A stretch of DNA of 63,968 bases, filler included, from Choristocarpus tenellus KU-1152 (GCA_964200185.2; 11 parts of 11 records of this genome joined end to end with filler, not necessarily neighbours in it), one strand, 5' to 3'; positions 39,560-54,377 are shown, counted from the whole stretch's first letter. A program made the numbers and translations. Notes: generated by a model from the letters alone, not told the origin.

Positions 39560-42500
39560 GTGATCAATTTTTTGGCCCAGGCAGGGGGAAATGTCGATGC
39601 CAAGGATATCTCAGGATCGTGAGTGCAACCTTATGCTCACTTGCAGTTTCAACTTTTCGATCAGTTCACCTTACAATCAAGTTGCTTGTGATCATGCTTG
39701 CTTCCTTCTTTCCTTTTTCTTATATATATAATACTTATGCGATCCTTCGTTGTTTATTACATATGTGCAGTCTTTTGCCTGAACAGCTGGAGCTTTTAAT
39801 TTTCCAATTCCTTCAAACAGTAAAAGTAGCACTTTCATGTATGTAGGACCCCTCTGCATGTAGCTGTCAGGTCACAAAACTCTCCAGGTATTATCTCCTT
39901 GGTCAGTCACGGAGCCACGCTGGAGTTGAAAGACGTTGAAGGATGCACACCTCTCTACCTGGCCTGCAGGATGAGAGCGCACAAGTCAGTGCCTCCCCTG
40001 AAAATGGTTTCTTTCGGTGATCATTAAGTATATTATCTGGAGTTTGTACTTCTGTGAGTGAAGGTAGTAGATAGTAGTCACAATGTTTACATAAATGTTG
40101 TCACATGGGTTCAGCTTGAGTAGCTCACAGTTTGAAAGCAGAAAATGATTTGGTAAAGTATTATTTCTCTCTATAGCCTTGCGTGTCAGGTGTGTAAAGC
40201 TACCTGATTCCTGTAGATAAGGTTGCTACTCTGTGCTCTAATTTCGTTCGAAATTTTGGAACCCAATGGTGCTCAAAACACTAGGCATGTCATCTTTTGC
40301 TTCTGCTTTGCATTGTTTTGTACCAGACAGCCACAGTAATGGCAAGAGAGGCCCACACACATTTTTATGAAAAGCCATTCTGATGCGTCACAATTCGATT
40401 TCTTGTTGCCTCTTGGGTAGTATCAAGCTCATTGACCCAAACCTATCCTATTCGAAAAAAGGGTGGTGCACATCCTCCTGTCGATCGGAGCAAACCCCAA
40501 GACTACAAGCGGTTGCCTCTGTTGCACCCCTCTACACGCTCTACTCTACACCTCATGTTGCGAAGACGAGCATGTGAGTTTATCCAGGAAGGGTCTATGC
40601 TGATACCAGGGTGGATATTACAAGATGGCGCACGCTGTATCCCTCGATCTGTTGAACGAAAACATTCCAGAATGGCAGTCCACCACCACCCTTGTAGGTA
40701 TCTACCGACTGTGTCACATTCTATCATCTGAATGTGATTCATACTGTGCAGGAGCAGACTGAGGAACAGTCCATTGCAGGGGAAGGGAACATTAGGATGA
40801 GCCACAATCCCTTCGTCATGAGGAAAATCATGGCCAAGCATGGTGCTCCCTCAGCTGATTCAATGGAGAAGACAGATGTGATGAAGGAGACTTGCTCTAG
40901 ATTAGCCATAGTAGGGGCACCACTGCTAGCACGAGATTCAATGAGACTTTCAGTGCTGGATATAGCAGGAAGGGAAGGAGGGGAGATTTTTCGGCATCTC
41001 CTCATCAACTGTGGGCTGGACCAGGCCAACGCACTTAGTTACTCAGTTCGATATGGGGAGGTCAATATTGCCACTGTAAGAGAATGATTGCAATACCTCA
41101 TTATGCACAAAAGTTGGTTGATTGGTTTGTTGACTTAGCATGTGTGGTTCTAATGTACCAAATTATGGAGGTCTCATAGGAGTTGGGGAAGAGGGAACAT
41201 GTGCTTGGGTATGTTAGAACAAGCAAATCAAGCAGACATAGGTAGTTGCCTTGTGTTTACTTACTGTAGCTTCTCTTTTGTTGTATCCACGTAACAACTT
41301 TTACTCAACAGAAGCTTCTACAAGTCGGAAAGGTAAATCCACAATTGTTTCTTGATGAGGAGGGTGCGACTCTACTTCATTTGGCTGCAATTGGAGGAAA
41401 TTCAGTGCTCATTGAACTTCTTCTGGCAGAGCAATGGACACAGCGTAGTGGGGAGAAGGGACTCAATGTTGATGCAAGAGACAAGCTAGGGAGGACTCCT
41501 GTATTTCTAGCTTGCTATCTTGGACACGTGGAGGCAGCCAAGATTCTTCTTGATTTAGGGGCAGGTTGGTGCGGTAGAGAATCCAAATTACTGCATCGCT
41601 TCCTTTCCTTGTGAGGTATTGCATTCACTGATGATATAATACTGCAACCTTGCCTTGAATGTTCTTGCTCTTGAGGGTCCTGAAGGACAACCCCATGATG
41701 TATCACATTTATGTAAAGAATCGATTGATGCACAACACACAGAACTTACCACTAGGGCATGATGACAATAATGATGACAGAATTGCAAGGGAGACCACTG
41801 TACGTGTGCACTTTACTTGCTAGTATAATCCAATGCAATATTTATGAAAGACTTTGGATTACTCCAGAGTACATTTGACTAGTCCTCAGCATGAAGTGAA
41901 CTAATGCTTGGATGCGCATCCCTCAACTCTTCACCTATTTGTGTTGCACGTACACTGCAGCACCATCCATCCCAAATGCAAAAGGGCAATTGGTTGGCTG
42001 GATATTTGATGAGAGTGTTCCTCCAGCCTGCAGAGAAAGCATTTTTGCACTCCTGCAGCAGTGGGGTATCAAGTCTTTGGAGGAATGTTCCTTACCAGCA
42101 AGAACCGACATTGCTCAAGACCCAGGAGGGAATGTTGTCTATTTCTCTTCAACAATCCCACTCATTCCTAGCCACAAGACAAGCCACCTGTGGAACAACA
42201 AAAAGGAGCTGTTATCACCGGCTCGATGGTTCTCCCCCAAAGCAGTTCAACTTGCTCGCAAGTACAGAGCTTTGCTACTGGGGATAGATATTAGGGTGGT
42301 GCTCTCAAGAAACAATCAAAAAGAAGGCCTGATTTTTCAGCGGGGTTTAGAAGTCCCTAGAAAACCTGATGTACTTAGTTTCTCCCACCTACATAAACCT
42401 GACCTGCAAGCCTCGGGACTGGATACACGAGGGCTAAATGTTTCTCTGCTGGATACAAGAAAGGATAACCTACCAGCAAAACAACATCGAGAACATGGGG

Positions 42501-43144
42501 TACACAAGGTGTCCAGTCAGGAAGCAACAAGAGGCGGGGGGTTATCAGAGCAGGACAGGACGCGAATTTCAGGGGTACAGCAGAGCTTCTCAATAGGCAG
42601 GTGCATGACTGAGGAAAATCAATGGGATCCATCAAATTTAAGGAAGGTGGCTGTTAGAGGACGAAACCATTCTTACCGTCATCGTAAGGCAGAAAAGTGT
42701 CAAGAGGGGAGGGAGATGGGGCTCAGTTGGGAAAGAGAGGTTGATCCAAAGGAGGGAGGACAAGGCACACACAGTGTCCAGGCGCAAGGACTAGATCATT
42801 TGAAAGCAGCAACTTGTGGGGATGGTGGTGAAGGGAGTTGTTGGTCATCTACAGGTCATGTTGTGGTCAAGGATGATATATTATTGTCTATGGACACTGT
42901 TGAGGCATGTCGACCCAATCAGCCGGGTCGGAGTAACATGAGAGTATCACCAAAAACGCGCTCAATCATGCTCAGGAGCATAGCTGAAGATGGTAATTTG
43001 GGGCCAGTGTTTGGAGCAGAGGTTGCGATGGGAGTGCTGCCTAAGGACAAAAGATCCAAACCACCTAGTGCGCAGAAGGCAAGCAAAATAGATTTGTTGT
43101 GGAGGAATAAGTTAAAGTGTTTTTGGTTAGGTCAAGAACATTGA
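39560..43144 (+). CDS. Ankyrin-repeat protein with long low-complexity C-terminus; approximate exons 39560-39618, 39847-39984, 40462-40573, 40752-41076, 41312-41563, 41961-43144; 5' end unresolved
   Basis: GGNVDAKDISGSTPLHVAV..., GCTPLYLAC, GANPKTT...TPLHALL, GATLLHLAAIGG, VDARDKLGRTPVFLACYLGHVEAAKILLDLGA. Confidence 0.85.
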
Positions 43145-46100
43145 TAAGGACACCTTCATTGATAATATTCAGGTCAATAAGAGCAGCTCAATTATCCCAC
43201 TGTACACCAGGCGATGGGGAAAGGGTATTTCTAGTTCGGGATATACTGTTTGCCGTAGGAGTGACCATATCCATTGGTGATTTTGTCACATTTGTTTGTG
43301 GTTCAAAGTAGAACATCCCTTGCATTTACACGTGGGAAATTGTTTCACAACCTTTTGTAGTTAAAAGTAGAACATCCCTTGCATTAACCAATAGGGGCCT
43401 GGTATCGCACTGAGTTGATGGATGTGATGAACTGTTATTTGCGGGAACCTTGCGTTGATTTTTCCTCATCATCTTGTTTTCGAACACTCCTGACAGTGAT
43501 CTGGATGTGAAGCTCATGTTCCATTACAATTTTGTTGTGTAGGTGAGGCCTTCATATTGTATAGCAAACTTGCTAAAGAGCGCAAAGTCTCAGTCCTGAC
43601 AACACCTCCAAGATATCAACATGTTAAAAAAAAGGAATAACTTGGAGTGTTAATTCATGTGTACTGCAGCATTCAACCTATTCTAACGACCTGTGAGTCG
43701 TAAACCAAAGTTTAAACGCATGAGTTATTGGTGAATTCGCAGTCACCTTCAAGGGGGCATACTACATACTCCGAATTAATTGGTAAGTATTTGCTGCAAG
43801 GTAAGCCCTTGATTGAAAGGGAACAATGCTTGTACTTGGATTGAATGGGGAGGAGCCTGAGGTATAGAAACAAAACTATTTTCGTGTTGATCTTGATGAT
43901 GAGGTATCTCGAGTCTGGTCTTGACACCTTAATCAATGACCACCGATCTACAATGAGTTGATGACCAACCTACCCTTGATGGATGGCAATACTCAACCTT
44001 GTGTAATATGCTTCAGCAAGCTAGACCAATGTATGATAGATCAGAGTATATATAATTGTGCTGATCCAATGTGTCAAACAGTCGTATCTCGATGTTTGAC
44101 AAAATATTTTGGCGTTTGTGAGTCCAAGTAAGCGAGAGGTACCCAGTTTCTAGTCGTTTTGCATCATTACCCGGTTTTTCAATCTTTTGTAATTTACCCA
44201 AATTTCTCTTGATAAGTGCTGAGTTTGAATTGAGAGGGTAGGTTTCTCTAATGTTTGAAATTGTGCGACGCATCCCGGAAAATAACCTTTAAATACTATT
44301 GTAAAAAAAGTCAGATTTTGCACACATTTGCCGGCATCCTTAAAATGCAACTCTTTGTACCTCTTGTATACTTCGACTCCCTTCAACAGCTCAGAAAACA
44401 AAACAAAGCAAAACAGGGGTTTCCACGCATTAGCAGGCATTTTGACGTAATCACACGTTGGACCTATCCATACCCTACAACAACTTTCGCATGACATAAG
44501 TGCTTTCATGCATATTTACAAAAGTAGAATTCACCAAACCAGCTTCACAACATTGTCTTACCACAGGCACTCCAGGTCACTTAATCCTCCATATTTTTGT
44601 AGTCTGTTCTCCCTACCCATACTGGGATATTGAGTATACCTTGCAGACCAAATTCCTTTTCCCCACAAAGGGCGCTCCCAGTCTGATTCTTTTCACCGTG
44701 CCCAACCAACAACAACAGCAAAATCTAAGTAAATGTCGTGATGCTCGCTTCCCATATAACCATCACTTCAACCCACCTATCATCTCTCAATACTACCAGG
44801 TTCTAAAATACTATTGACGTTGTCTAAATAGTATTGCATTCAAGTGTGATGTGATTCTCTTCGGAACAAGCAGAAATCGTAGCATTGTTCATACCTTTTC
44901 CCTCAGTTACTTTTCCCCAATTTCATCTTCACATCAACACACCAACAACAACATAGAAAACGCCAGACTTGTGTATTTCTAGAGTTGAAGATAAGGTTGC
45001 TCCAGCAAGGTAACACCAAGCAATATCATCCATATTTAGCAAACGAACACACACCCTGCCTCACTCGTCACCCTTGATCATTTCTATTCAAAATTTGTAC
45101 ATACTGTACAATATATATTATTTCTCGCTGGCAGTGTGGTGTTTGTCGGAAGAACAGGAAGCTTCTGCTACATAGTGTTTGATGGTACCACTGTATGACA
45201 GACTAACAGTACTACTGTTGGAGGCTCATTAAGTGGCGTTAACAACTATGATAAAGATGGTAGATCGCGTGGCCTTCCACCCTGAAATCGATCACCTGTT
45301 GTTCAGGATGAGCGTGTTATAGCGAGGACTGACTACAAAGAACAGTGGATTTGAAAAATTGAGGATGGAGCGTACTATTGAGGATGGGAGTGAAACTATC
45401 TTAGAGGGTACGAATTTTTCCCTGTTTGTCCATTATTTGTGGGGCTTGGCTTCCCACGGNNNNNNNNNNNNNNNNNNNNNNNNNNNNNNNNNNNNNNNNN
45501 NNNTTAATTAATTAANNNNNNNNNNNNNNNNNNNNNNNNNNNNNNNNNNNNNNNNNNNNCCAAAATTCGCGACATGAAAAAATTGACCCCAAATGGACAG
45601 CCGCCACCCCCTCCCAGATACTTTTAGCCTTAAAATAAAATTCATTATATAAAAAGAATAAAAATGATAACGATAATAACAACAATAGTATAGCAGTTGA
45701 TAATTTGGATCATTTACACATGGCTGACTTCAGATTCGCTGACATGGGGCCACTGCTGAATGTAGTGAAAAGCCTAGCTTCAGACCTTAAAAGAGGCCAA
45801 CCTAGAAATCCGGCAATTGAAAGCCAAACACCCTACGCCAGTACCTGATAAACTGCCACGACCACTTACTTCAACGCTTCCCGAGCCCCATGATCCCTGC
45901 CTGATTTGTGAGTTTCAAGGGTGCAACGCGAGATCATGTTGGGGACATTCCACGAATACCTGTTAGGCCAACCCTAATTAGTGGCAACAACTATCGTCCT
46001 TCAAAAAAGATCGGGTGTGGCGGCTGTCCATTTGGGGTCAATTTGTTTATGTCGCGATTTTTGGGTGATTTGGTTTAATACGTTGGATGGATAATGTAAA

Positions 46101-49100
46101 TGTACTTTTCCTGATTTTGGTCCAAAATGGACATCCTGGTGTAGACCCCCCCCCCCCCCGCAGATACTTTGGGTCAGACGGCATAATTTCCACACCAAAC
46201 AGTCACTAGATCGCTTGGTGTCAGGACTTACTGCCCGCCTTCGACTATGTTGCTTCCGACCCCTGCGCGTGAGCTTCACCTCCGACGAAGACGATAACAA
46301 ACCCAGGGAGAAACACACGAGAGTCAGTCGGAACTAGGGGTGCTTGCAAGGTCCGTTTCTCCGGAACCTGTAGGGGTTACAAGATTACAGTACAACCAGG
46401 GACTTGTTTAGGGCAGATACTTACGTTGAAGAGCTAGCACCAAAGACACAACCTTTTAAGCTTTTAAGGTCAGCAAGCCAAAAATTGCCACAGGCAAGAC
46501 ATGTAACAACTGTTGCATCTGCTCTTTCTTACTCCTCATCTCTTTTGGACATGAGTGAAGTTTCTTTTCCACCTGAAATGTGTTGTTCCACTGCTTCATA
46601 CTGCTGGCACACATCAGCCATCCAACATTATTATAACTCCCCTCGCGTGTTGAATATTTCACCTCACTGTGTACGAATTCCTGGGTATGTAGATAATGAA
46701 CCTTAAATGAACATCATCGTTGACACTGCCACTGACGTTCCAGTAGTCTTACTGAGATACATTCAACCCACCCCCTCTGATAAAGCCAAGGTCCCAGGTT
46801 TGGGCCCCCTGGTGTGAGTACCACTGTTAAGGGGCCTGGTTCTGTGTAATAGGAGGTGATGAGAACCACCAGAGATGAGGTTCAGAAAGGAAGTGAGAGA
46901 TGAGATTAAGGAATAAGAGTGTCATGCCAATCAATCTCCACTGTGATTGGTTGTAACCAGTGAGAACAGAAAACAAATGTCGGAATTTGCTGGTTTTAAT
47001 CCATTACGACATGTCAAAGTTACTGTGATCCAGTCGTGCGTCTGACCCACATCACATCACTTGCGTTGTTTCAATGACAAAAGGTGACGCGCGCAAATGT
47101 ATGTGACTGTAGATATTATCCTTGTAAGTTGGTTAAGAGTAGCTTCGCCCTCTGTGGCAGTTCTGCTCTTTTTCACGGTATCGCCGCAACAGATCTACAA
47201 CAATATATATATACATTAAATGAAAGGGTATGACAAGACCTTTTGAAGGTTTGTACGCAGGAATAATGTAGAAACTTCGGTGAACAGGAACTATGTCCGG
47301 ACAAAATAATGGAAAAAACGCTGGGGAATATCTATCGGCGCAATTTTGAAGGTCACGACTTCAAAACGGACAAAAATGAAATGGTTGGCTGAACTCCTTG
47401 CAGAAAACTGGTCCAGGGTAGGTCGCTGCCCAAGTTTGGCTGGTGCGGCCCTCACCGAAAAAAAAGCAGAAACCCCCCCCAAGATTTTCCTCTTTTCAAC
47501 GCCTTTTGCAGTATTTTTGTGAGCACACACACACGTGACTTACACAACAACATGAACCACGACGGTGAGACAAGGAGAGCTGCCGAGGCCACTCTGCCCT
47601 TTGGATCTACCCTCGGCACCTTCTCTGTCGAGAGGGGCCGGAAAAACAAGTACTGTGTGAAACTCAGTGCGATGTTAGTGACGAGAAAGTGCGTGTAATG
47701 TGGCGCAGCAGCATGATCGAATCGCGAAATGGACCACGCGGTCGTGACACTGACGTTGAGAGAAGATGCATTGAAAGCATTACCACACAAACGTGGTTGG
47801 AACTTCAACCACGTCGAAGCACTGCTCTGCAGCCTCTCCCGCCTCAGGAAAGCCGGAAGAGAACAGCAAGTCCATCACCAGGTGTGGTGCAGTGATGAAG
47901 TCTGTGGGGAAGCCTGGTCACGGCAGGCGAAGGGAGAACCAGAGTGACCGGCCGAAGGGAAGGTTTGGGAGGAGAGCAGTGCGACTACATGCCATTGCGC
48001 TGAGGAAACGCCTAAGCGAAAGCCCGAGTGTAGAATATCTTAGTAGTCAATAGTTGCAGCAGATCCTAGCTGTTTGGAAACAATGTGAGCCAGAGTGACT
48101 TAGGAAACGAGAAAGAAGGTGTTAGCGTTGAGCTATAAGGGCTCTGAATCCCGAAAGAAGGCAACCTATTTCCGGCGCTCAACGAGGAAATGTGAGGGTA
48201 AAGGCTCCAACACTGCGAATCCTGTACCTGTGTATGAACGATGGGAAGGACTGTCAAACAGCGCTCGAGATGGCAGCAGGATATGGAAACTGTGAGTAAA
48301 TGAAAGAGAGACTTCCTAACTAAGGATCACATCAAGGTGTCGGAGCAAGGGTGCGACGAGAGGCGTTTCATTCTGGGCCTCAACGAGGACATTCTTGCCG
48401 AGGTCAAAGAAAGAGTGCGCGAACACACGGGAAGAAAGGGTAGTGAGGCTTTTTTCCTGCCTAAATCCTATACTTTAATCAAGTAATAGTATATCTGTTG
48501 CCACTCTTGGCGAACTATAGTCCAGGGTTCGAACCCCAATATGAACCGTCTTTCTTCAGAAATAGAAAAAAATGGGGGAAAAAAACGAAGCCCGTACTCT
48601 GGAGGGCATTGTGACGGGCATCACGAAATGCTTTTATTTTTTAAATCCGAAGTCTACATCAAATGTTATGAAGGGACAATCCCAGACGGCGAAGCTACTG
48701 GTACCACTCACTATATTTGTGTCGGTAGACCAAAAAAACCAGACCTGTTCTTGACATAAAACGTAAGTAGAGTACAATATACTCAGCAAGCAAGCGGAAT
48801 ACTTCCTGGATGAGCTGGCTACTCACATGGTAGGAGGGAGAGGAGCGGGAGGATACGGCAGGAAAGGAGTAGTAAAATCCAGGCTATGCCAAATTGTTTC
48901 GGTGACTGTGCAAGTGGCATTGTCTCGACGTGTCATATGCTTCAAACTAGAGTCACCAGGGAGATGGGCACGGAGGGGTCTGTTGGATCTTGGGATGCCT
49001 CCCTAGCTCCCCCCCCCTGGGCACAGGAGTAGGTAGGTGGGAAGCAAAGGACGACAGTAGTACAATCTTTTATATTGGTGAAGTAACAGATTATTAGTGG

Positions 49101-49479
49101 TTTCCACACTTACAATGTTTTATAGTCTTATGTTTAGGATATTTTATTTCCTTAGCGCTAATAATGACATGGATAATTTTCATTGGTTTCCCCCCTGACA
49201 CATCTGCAAACTGTCAGAGGGCATAATAATAAAAAATATATAGTAGGTACACCGATTTTGTTCACCCATGNNNNNNNNNNNNNNNNNNNNNNNNNNNNNN
49301 NNNNNNNNNNNNNNTTAATTAATTAANNNNNNNNNNNNNNNNNNNNNNNNNNNNNNNNNNNNNNNNNNNNGGATGGATAAAGTAAGTGCACTTCTCCTGG
49401 TCCGGCCCCGAATGTGCACCCTGTTGTCGCCCCCCCCCCCTCCCCCCCAGATACTTTGAGCCTCTCCCAGGGGTACACA

Positions 49480-50500
49480 TTGAATGCCCCCATTGTGGTT
49501 TGTACCAGCTCCTTTGTGTTGGTCTTCCTTCTGTTCCTAGATGGAATGAGAGAATCCGAGGTTGTTGATATTGATGTCAGGTGAGTTGGCTAACTGGTTC
49601 TGTATGAAAACGTTGCTCACTGCCGCCTCCTCAATTGTCTCCATGTTTCCCCCCTTGGTGTGTGACTTTGCCCCGTTTTGCTCTAAGAAGATGGTGTCCT
49701 TCCAGCCTCGGCATACTGACCTTGATTGCCAGGATGACATCCTCGATCAAGAGTTTCTTACACCTCTCCCCATCCACCATGACTGGCACAAGCACCTTGG
49801 TGCCCTTGGGGTGGCGTTTGCTGGAGCACTGAGCGACCTTAGTGTCCATAATTGGTCAGATCCAGATTTTCCCATTGATCTGTACCCCATTGGAGAGGTT
49901 CCTATGGTGGACCACAGTTGCAAGGAACATCACCTCGCTCATCTTTGAGGATGTAAAACTGCTTCTCATCCACACGCATTCAGTCATACAGATTATCCAC
50001 TATTACCCCACTTCTCCCCCTCCTTTTTGCCTGTGGCTGATGACTAAACCCACCCTGTTGACTTCCTGCTGCTCTGAGAGGACTGGCTTAATCCACTGCT
50101 TGACCCTCTTTGCCTTCTCACGCTTGCACAGATCCCACAACGGGGCAAGGGAGACACCAACTTGGGTCACCCAGTTCCAGAAGGATGTGTGACATCCCAA
50201 ATGTTGATACTTATACGGCAGCCACATAGCCCCTTAAGGTATCTGAGTCTCATACCCTTTCGCCTCCAGGAATCGTGCCACCATGATGTTCTTCATTGGG
50301 GTGTTTGAGTCCTGACCTGACAGACTTTTGGTCTGAAGAATTGGGACCGGCGGGTGACGATGGGATGAGCAAGCCGCTTGAACAATGGGGGGCCTTCACC
50401 TTAGGCATCCCAATAAATCCCTGCTTCGACAGTTTCGTGAGGTTTTTGAACCCCATCATATGCGACTCGGTCGACTCTGGATTGATGATCCTCCACAGTC
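49480..50500 (-). mobile_element. Probable decayed LTR retrotransposon gag-protease region
   Basis: Interrupted minus-strand peptides (VLVPVMVDGERCKKLLIED) loosely resemble a retropepsin N-terminus; many stops. Confidence 0.25.
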
Positions 50501-51336
50501 ATGATAGACCACCATCTCAAGCTTTGCACGCCTCCAAACCTATATGAGAACTAAGCCTCGTCCAGAGGGATCGTTCCCGGGCGAGAACGGAGGTTGCAAA
50601 AGTTATGTTACATTTAATTCCAAACGGAGGAAGTACCACGAAGTTTATATTGACTTCAATCGAACGCTCATAGGTGCTACTATATATATAATATACATGC
50701 TACTTGGTAGTAGCGATCACTAGAGGCAGAGCGACAGGTATCTGTAATTATGATCATGCCAGTCCCCTTCCCATCTCCTCTCTCTGTACTTGGAGTAGTT
50801 ACTTGGAGAGAGTGGCAAAAAAAAGAAGCTCATGTTTCTTCCCATGAAAATAGTTCCAACCTGCCTGAAGCTTCTCCAAGAGATCGCACATATAACCATT
50901 GTGTGAGTTAGGGCTGTACAATGACCTCAACGGCTACCTACTGCTTCCCTCTGCCCATTGGACAACCCCTAGGTCTACTTCTCAGCAAACAAATTAACTC
51001 AATTTAGTCGGTACTATCCATGCTGAGGACAATACGCCCATTTAGTATATGGCGTCCAGTGTGTCTGGACATGGATTTGGTGTCTTTTTTGTGTAATGCT
51101 TACAGGTTGTGTTGTGTTACATGACTGTTACGCTACCTTACGCACAGGATGCTGCACAGCAAATGCATACTGCCCCACCACTGCATGAAAACGAACACAA
51201 AACCAAAGATTCATTACGAAGGTTGAAAAAAAAATTGCTATTCACAGGTCCCTCTCAACCTTAGCCACGGCTGACCTACAGTTCCCACAAAACAGCACAA
51301 AACCACTCCCTACTCCACCATGACCTCTCTCTCGCC

Positions 51337-51600
51337 CTAGTAATCCCCACCAACATCATCCCCCCCATCAAAAAGGCCGGCCATGACCCCAGCATCCTCC
51401 CCCTCTGCCTCTAACAGTGCACAGGGTGGTGGAGACGATCCTCGCTTCGTCTCACCACCACCGTTACTACCACTGCCACTGCCCCTAACCCACTCCTCAG
51501 TCGAGTGCGGCTTTGTGTGCCGTCTATACCAAGTCTTACTCTCATCAAAGGCATCAGGGTCGGCTCGCCTAGCCTCTCGTACTTTGCGAGCTATCTCCAC
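51337..51600 (-). CDS. Terminal exon of an unidentified gene (VEIARKVREARRADPDAFDESKTWYRRHTKPH...GLFDGGDDVGGDY*)
   Basis: Polypyrimidine-CAG acceptor, coding-like composition, TAG stop. Confidence 0.6.
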   Translation of the reverse strand: MEIARKVREARRADPDAFDESKTWYRRHTKPHSTEEWVRGSGSGSNGGGETKRGSSPPPCALLEAEGEDAGVMAGLFDGGDDVGGDY

Positions 51601-52899
51601 CTGTGAAAGCAAAGCAAAGCAACGTATAAAGCAAGTAATAAGTGGGGGAATTGAAAGGGTTGCAAGGGTGTTTGGTTCTGTGGTGGGGTGACATCTCAGT
51701 GTTGACCAAAGTTGCACTCTTACAACAACAACAACAAAGACTCAAAAGTACTTGGTTATGACGATCACCAACATTTAGAGCAGCAACATTGTGCACACGT
51801 TTTCATGATGTCCCAGGTCCCAAGGAAGTACTCTGTTCGGCTCAGTGATCTGATCGTGATCAAGTAAATTTGGTTACATTTTGGTAGTGGTTGGGTGGCG
51901 AGCACCCCATGCCTACAGGAGGAGAGGAAAAATCCACCCCAAGCAGGTGAGCTGCAGATCTTAAGATGCATTAGGGCAGGGAAAAATATTATTATGAGTC
52001 CCTAGTGTGATATGATAGTTACTGATGCATAAGGGCTACCATACTAAAACAACCATATCCCATGAAATTTACCATCACTTCAATAAGAAAATACTAGAGT
52101 GGTTGTCACCCCATCATGTTTGCTGCTACTTCAAACCTTGGGAGAAGGTAGACATGTTGGGGGGGNNNNNNNNNNNNNNNNNNNNNNNNNNNNNNNNNNN
52201 NNNNNNNNNTTAATTAATTAANNNNNNNNNNNNNNNNNNNNNNNNNNNNNNNNNNNNNNNNNNNNGGAGGAGGAGGGTTAAGGTCAAAACGTATTTGACT
52301 ACGGGGTCGATTTTTGTTCGTGTGAGGGTACGAAGTCAAGGTTTAACCGTACAAATGGCCAAGGAACTGCAACCATTGAAACAGCTGGATCAAGGACACA
52401 GTACTCATCATGGGTTTTCAATATTGGGGAAGATTCTGGCATGTTTGTAGAGTGAAATAATACAAACTCCTATTGTTGGTAGCAAAATAACATGTTCTCC
52501 TATTGTCAGCACAATCGATCTTGGTCACGGCTGATGACAAAAGAAAAAAAGTAAGGACAGGAAGACTCAACTCTGGATCAGCGTGAGTGGCAGTCTACCC
52601 TAGAGACATTTGACACGGCTCTCTAAAATGGAGAAATGAGACAAGACTTGTCACAGGTGACAAGGTATGGACTTTGTCACGATATCATAACATGACGCAG
52701 AGGATTAAAGGGCTACATAGTTTGTGGAAAACAATAGCGCTCATTTGTACTGTCTGAGGAACAGCAATCACAACAACTGGGGACTCATCATGGAATATCT
52801 TCTCGAGACTTACGAGGATATCACACAGGCTTGCTCATGTGTATGTATAAATGTTATCATTGACCATAAGGTGGACTAGTGTTTCTAGCTTTAACTCAC

Positions 52900-54377
52900 A
52901 TCTTCTCCACGTTGTCATTGTAGTGCTTCACAGCCTTTTTGTAAATGTTCTTGAATACATCTGGTGCCACACCCACGTTTACGTTGCCCCAGTCCAAGTT
53001 GGATTCAGACGGAGCCTGCACTTGTGCAGACCAAAAAACATTCGCCAGAACAAGTCGGAGTAATAAAGGGGTATTTTAGAAAAGAAGAGGAGGAAAGAGG
53101 GGTGTGAGCATAGTTAGGGGTCATTTTGATTGAATCAAATCATTTCCAGCAGTCAGAAAGGTAGGTCACCTCAACATCACTTTTAAAGGTGACGCAAATC
53201 CATTCCATCAAGGATTTGTTTCGACCTGTAACAGCACGGGGAGGTAACCAAAACATTTGTTGGAACAGAATGATAACAAACACAAACATCCGTCAACTTA
53301 CGTACTATACATGTCCCCCCACATTCATGATTGACTTCATTCCCATACGAACAACGAACAAGTCGTCTAGCACCAAACGTAGTAATCTCTTCTTCCCCTG
53401 CGGGATCACCTGCTTCACGAAGTACTTGTCTTTCGGCGACCGGCCCGTGAATGCCCCGGTAGAGACGCAGAATGTGCCGTTCTTTGTCACCTCTCCTTCC
53501 TCATACTTTGTCTCGTGTTCGAAAACCTCAGGGTACGGCAGGTTGTGGAACACGGTGGTCTGTCGCATCAGCGAGAACGCCAAGATGTAGGAGGCGGAGG
53601 CGGGAGAAAGCAAGTGAGGGTTACGTATTCGGAGAGGGGCGGGGCGATATCATCGACCTAATCGATCAAAAATGAGAAGTTCCCTTTCTCACTATCCTTG
53701 CAATCCATTAGAAGTCTTCAAACCGACGATATCTGTACTTGAATCTTGGCATACGCATGTCGCGTTTGGACAAGCATTCCAAATGGGCGAGAAGGAAAGG
53801 CCCTGCAATGACGGATTGCATTCGGTGATACAGATAAAGGGAAAAGCCTAGCCTCATGAATGTGTATGCATATGTGCCATTCTTTTGTCAAGCAGAAACC
53901 TGCCCTCTGCGCCTCTTCATGAAGCCTGTGTATACGTCGGACTCTGCGCTAGATACGCAATCTCCAAATTGATTGTCAAGGCAAAATTTAAGGATGGCGG
54001 CTGGTGAACCCTTCAGCCACGTAACAAATGCATTCCTCCCACATGTAGGTCACATCTCTTCATGAGCTTCTCACGATGTCGAAACCAGAAGTCCCATCAA
54101 CTGTAACATCTTACTTTCGATCCCAGATATCTCCAGTACTGTACACTTCACAAAGATGGGCCTTACGCAAGATTCGTTGGATTTCACTCAATTTCAGGTG
54201 CTCACTGACCGGCTTGGTAATTCCTGTTGCCTTGTCGATTCCGAGGGAAGCGACTGAGGCGAAGGTAGCCTTCGGGATGGTTCTCGCATACTTCAAGTGA
54301 GATACGGGACGAGTAGACAACCCTTGGAGACCAGGGCGCGCTGCCCGGACGAAACCCATCATCATCCCTGCAGTCAT
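52900..54377 (-). CDS. pckA: Phosphoenolpyruvate carboxykinase (ATP), 5' exons 54377-54210, 53559-53410, 53015-52900, with predicted mitochondrial presequence
   Basis: [14 protein letters not shown]...[24 protein letters not shown]|[13 protein letters not shown]; TGRSPKDK is the ATP-PEPCK hallmark. Confidence 0.93.

Noticed and set aside
43305-43385. Two 22-bp direct repeats (AAAGTAGAACATCCCTTGCATT) around a spacer
   Set aside because: Only two copies, and the intervening sequence resembles the upstream flank; this is a diverged 59-bp tandem duplication.
48505-48540. tRNA or SINE suggested by GGTTCGAACCC
   Set aside because: No convincing A-box or cloverleaf visible.
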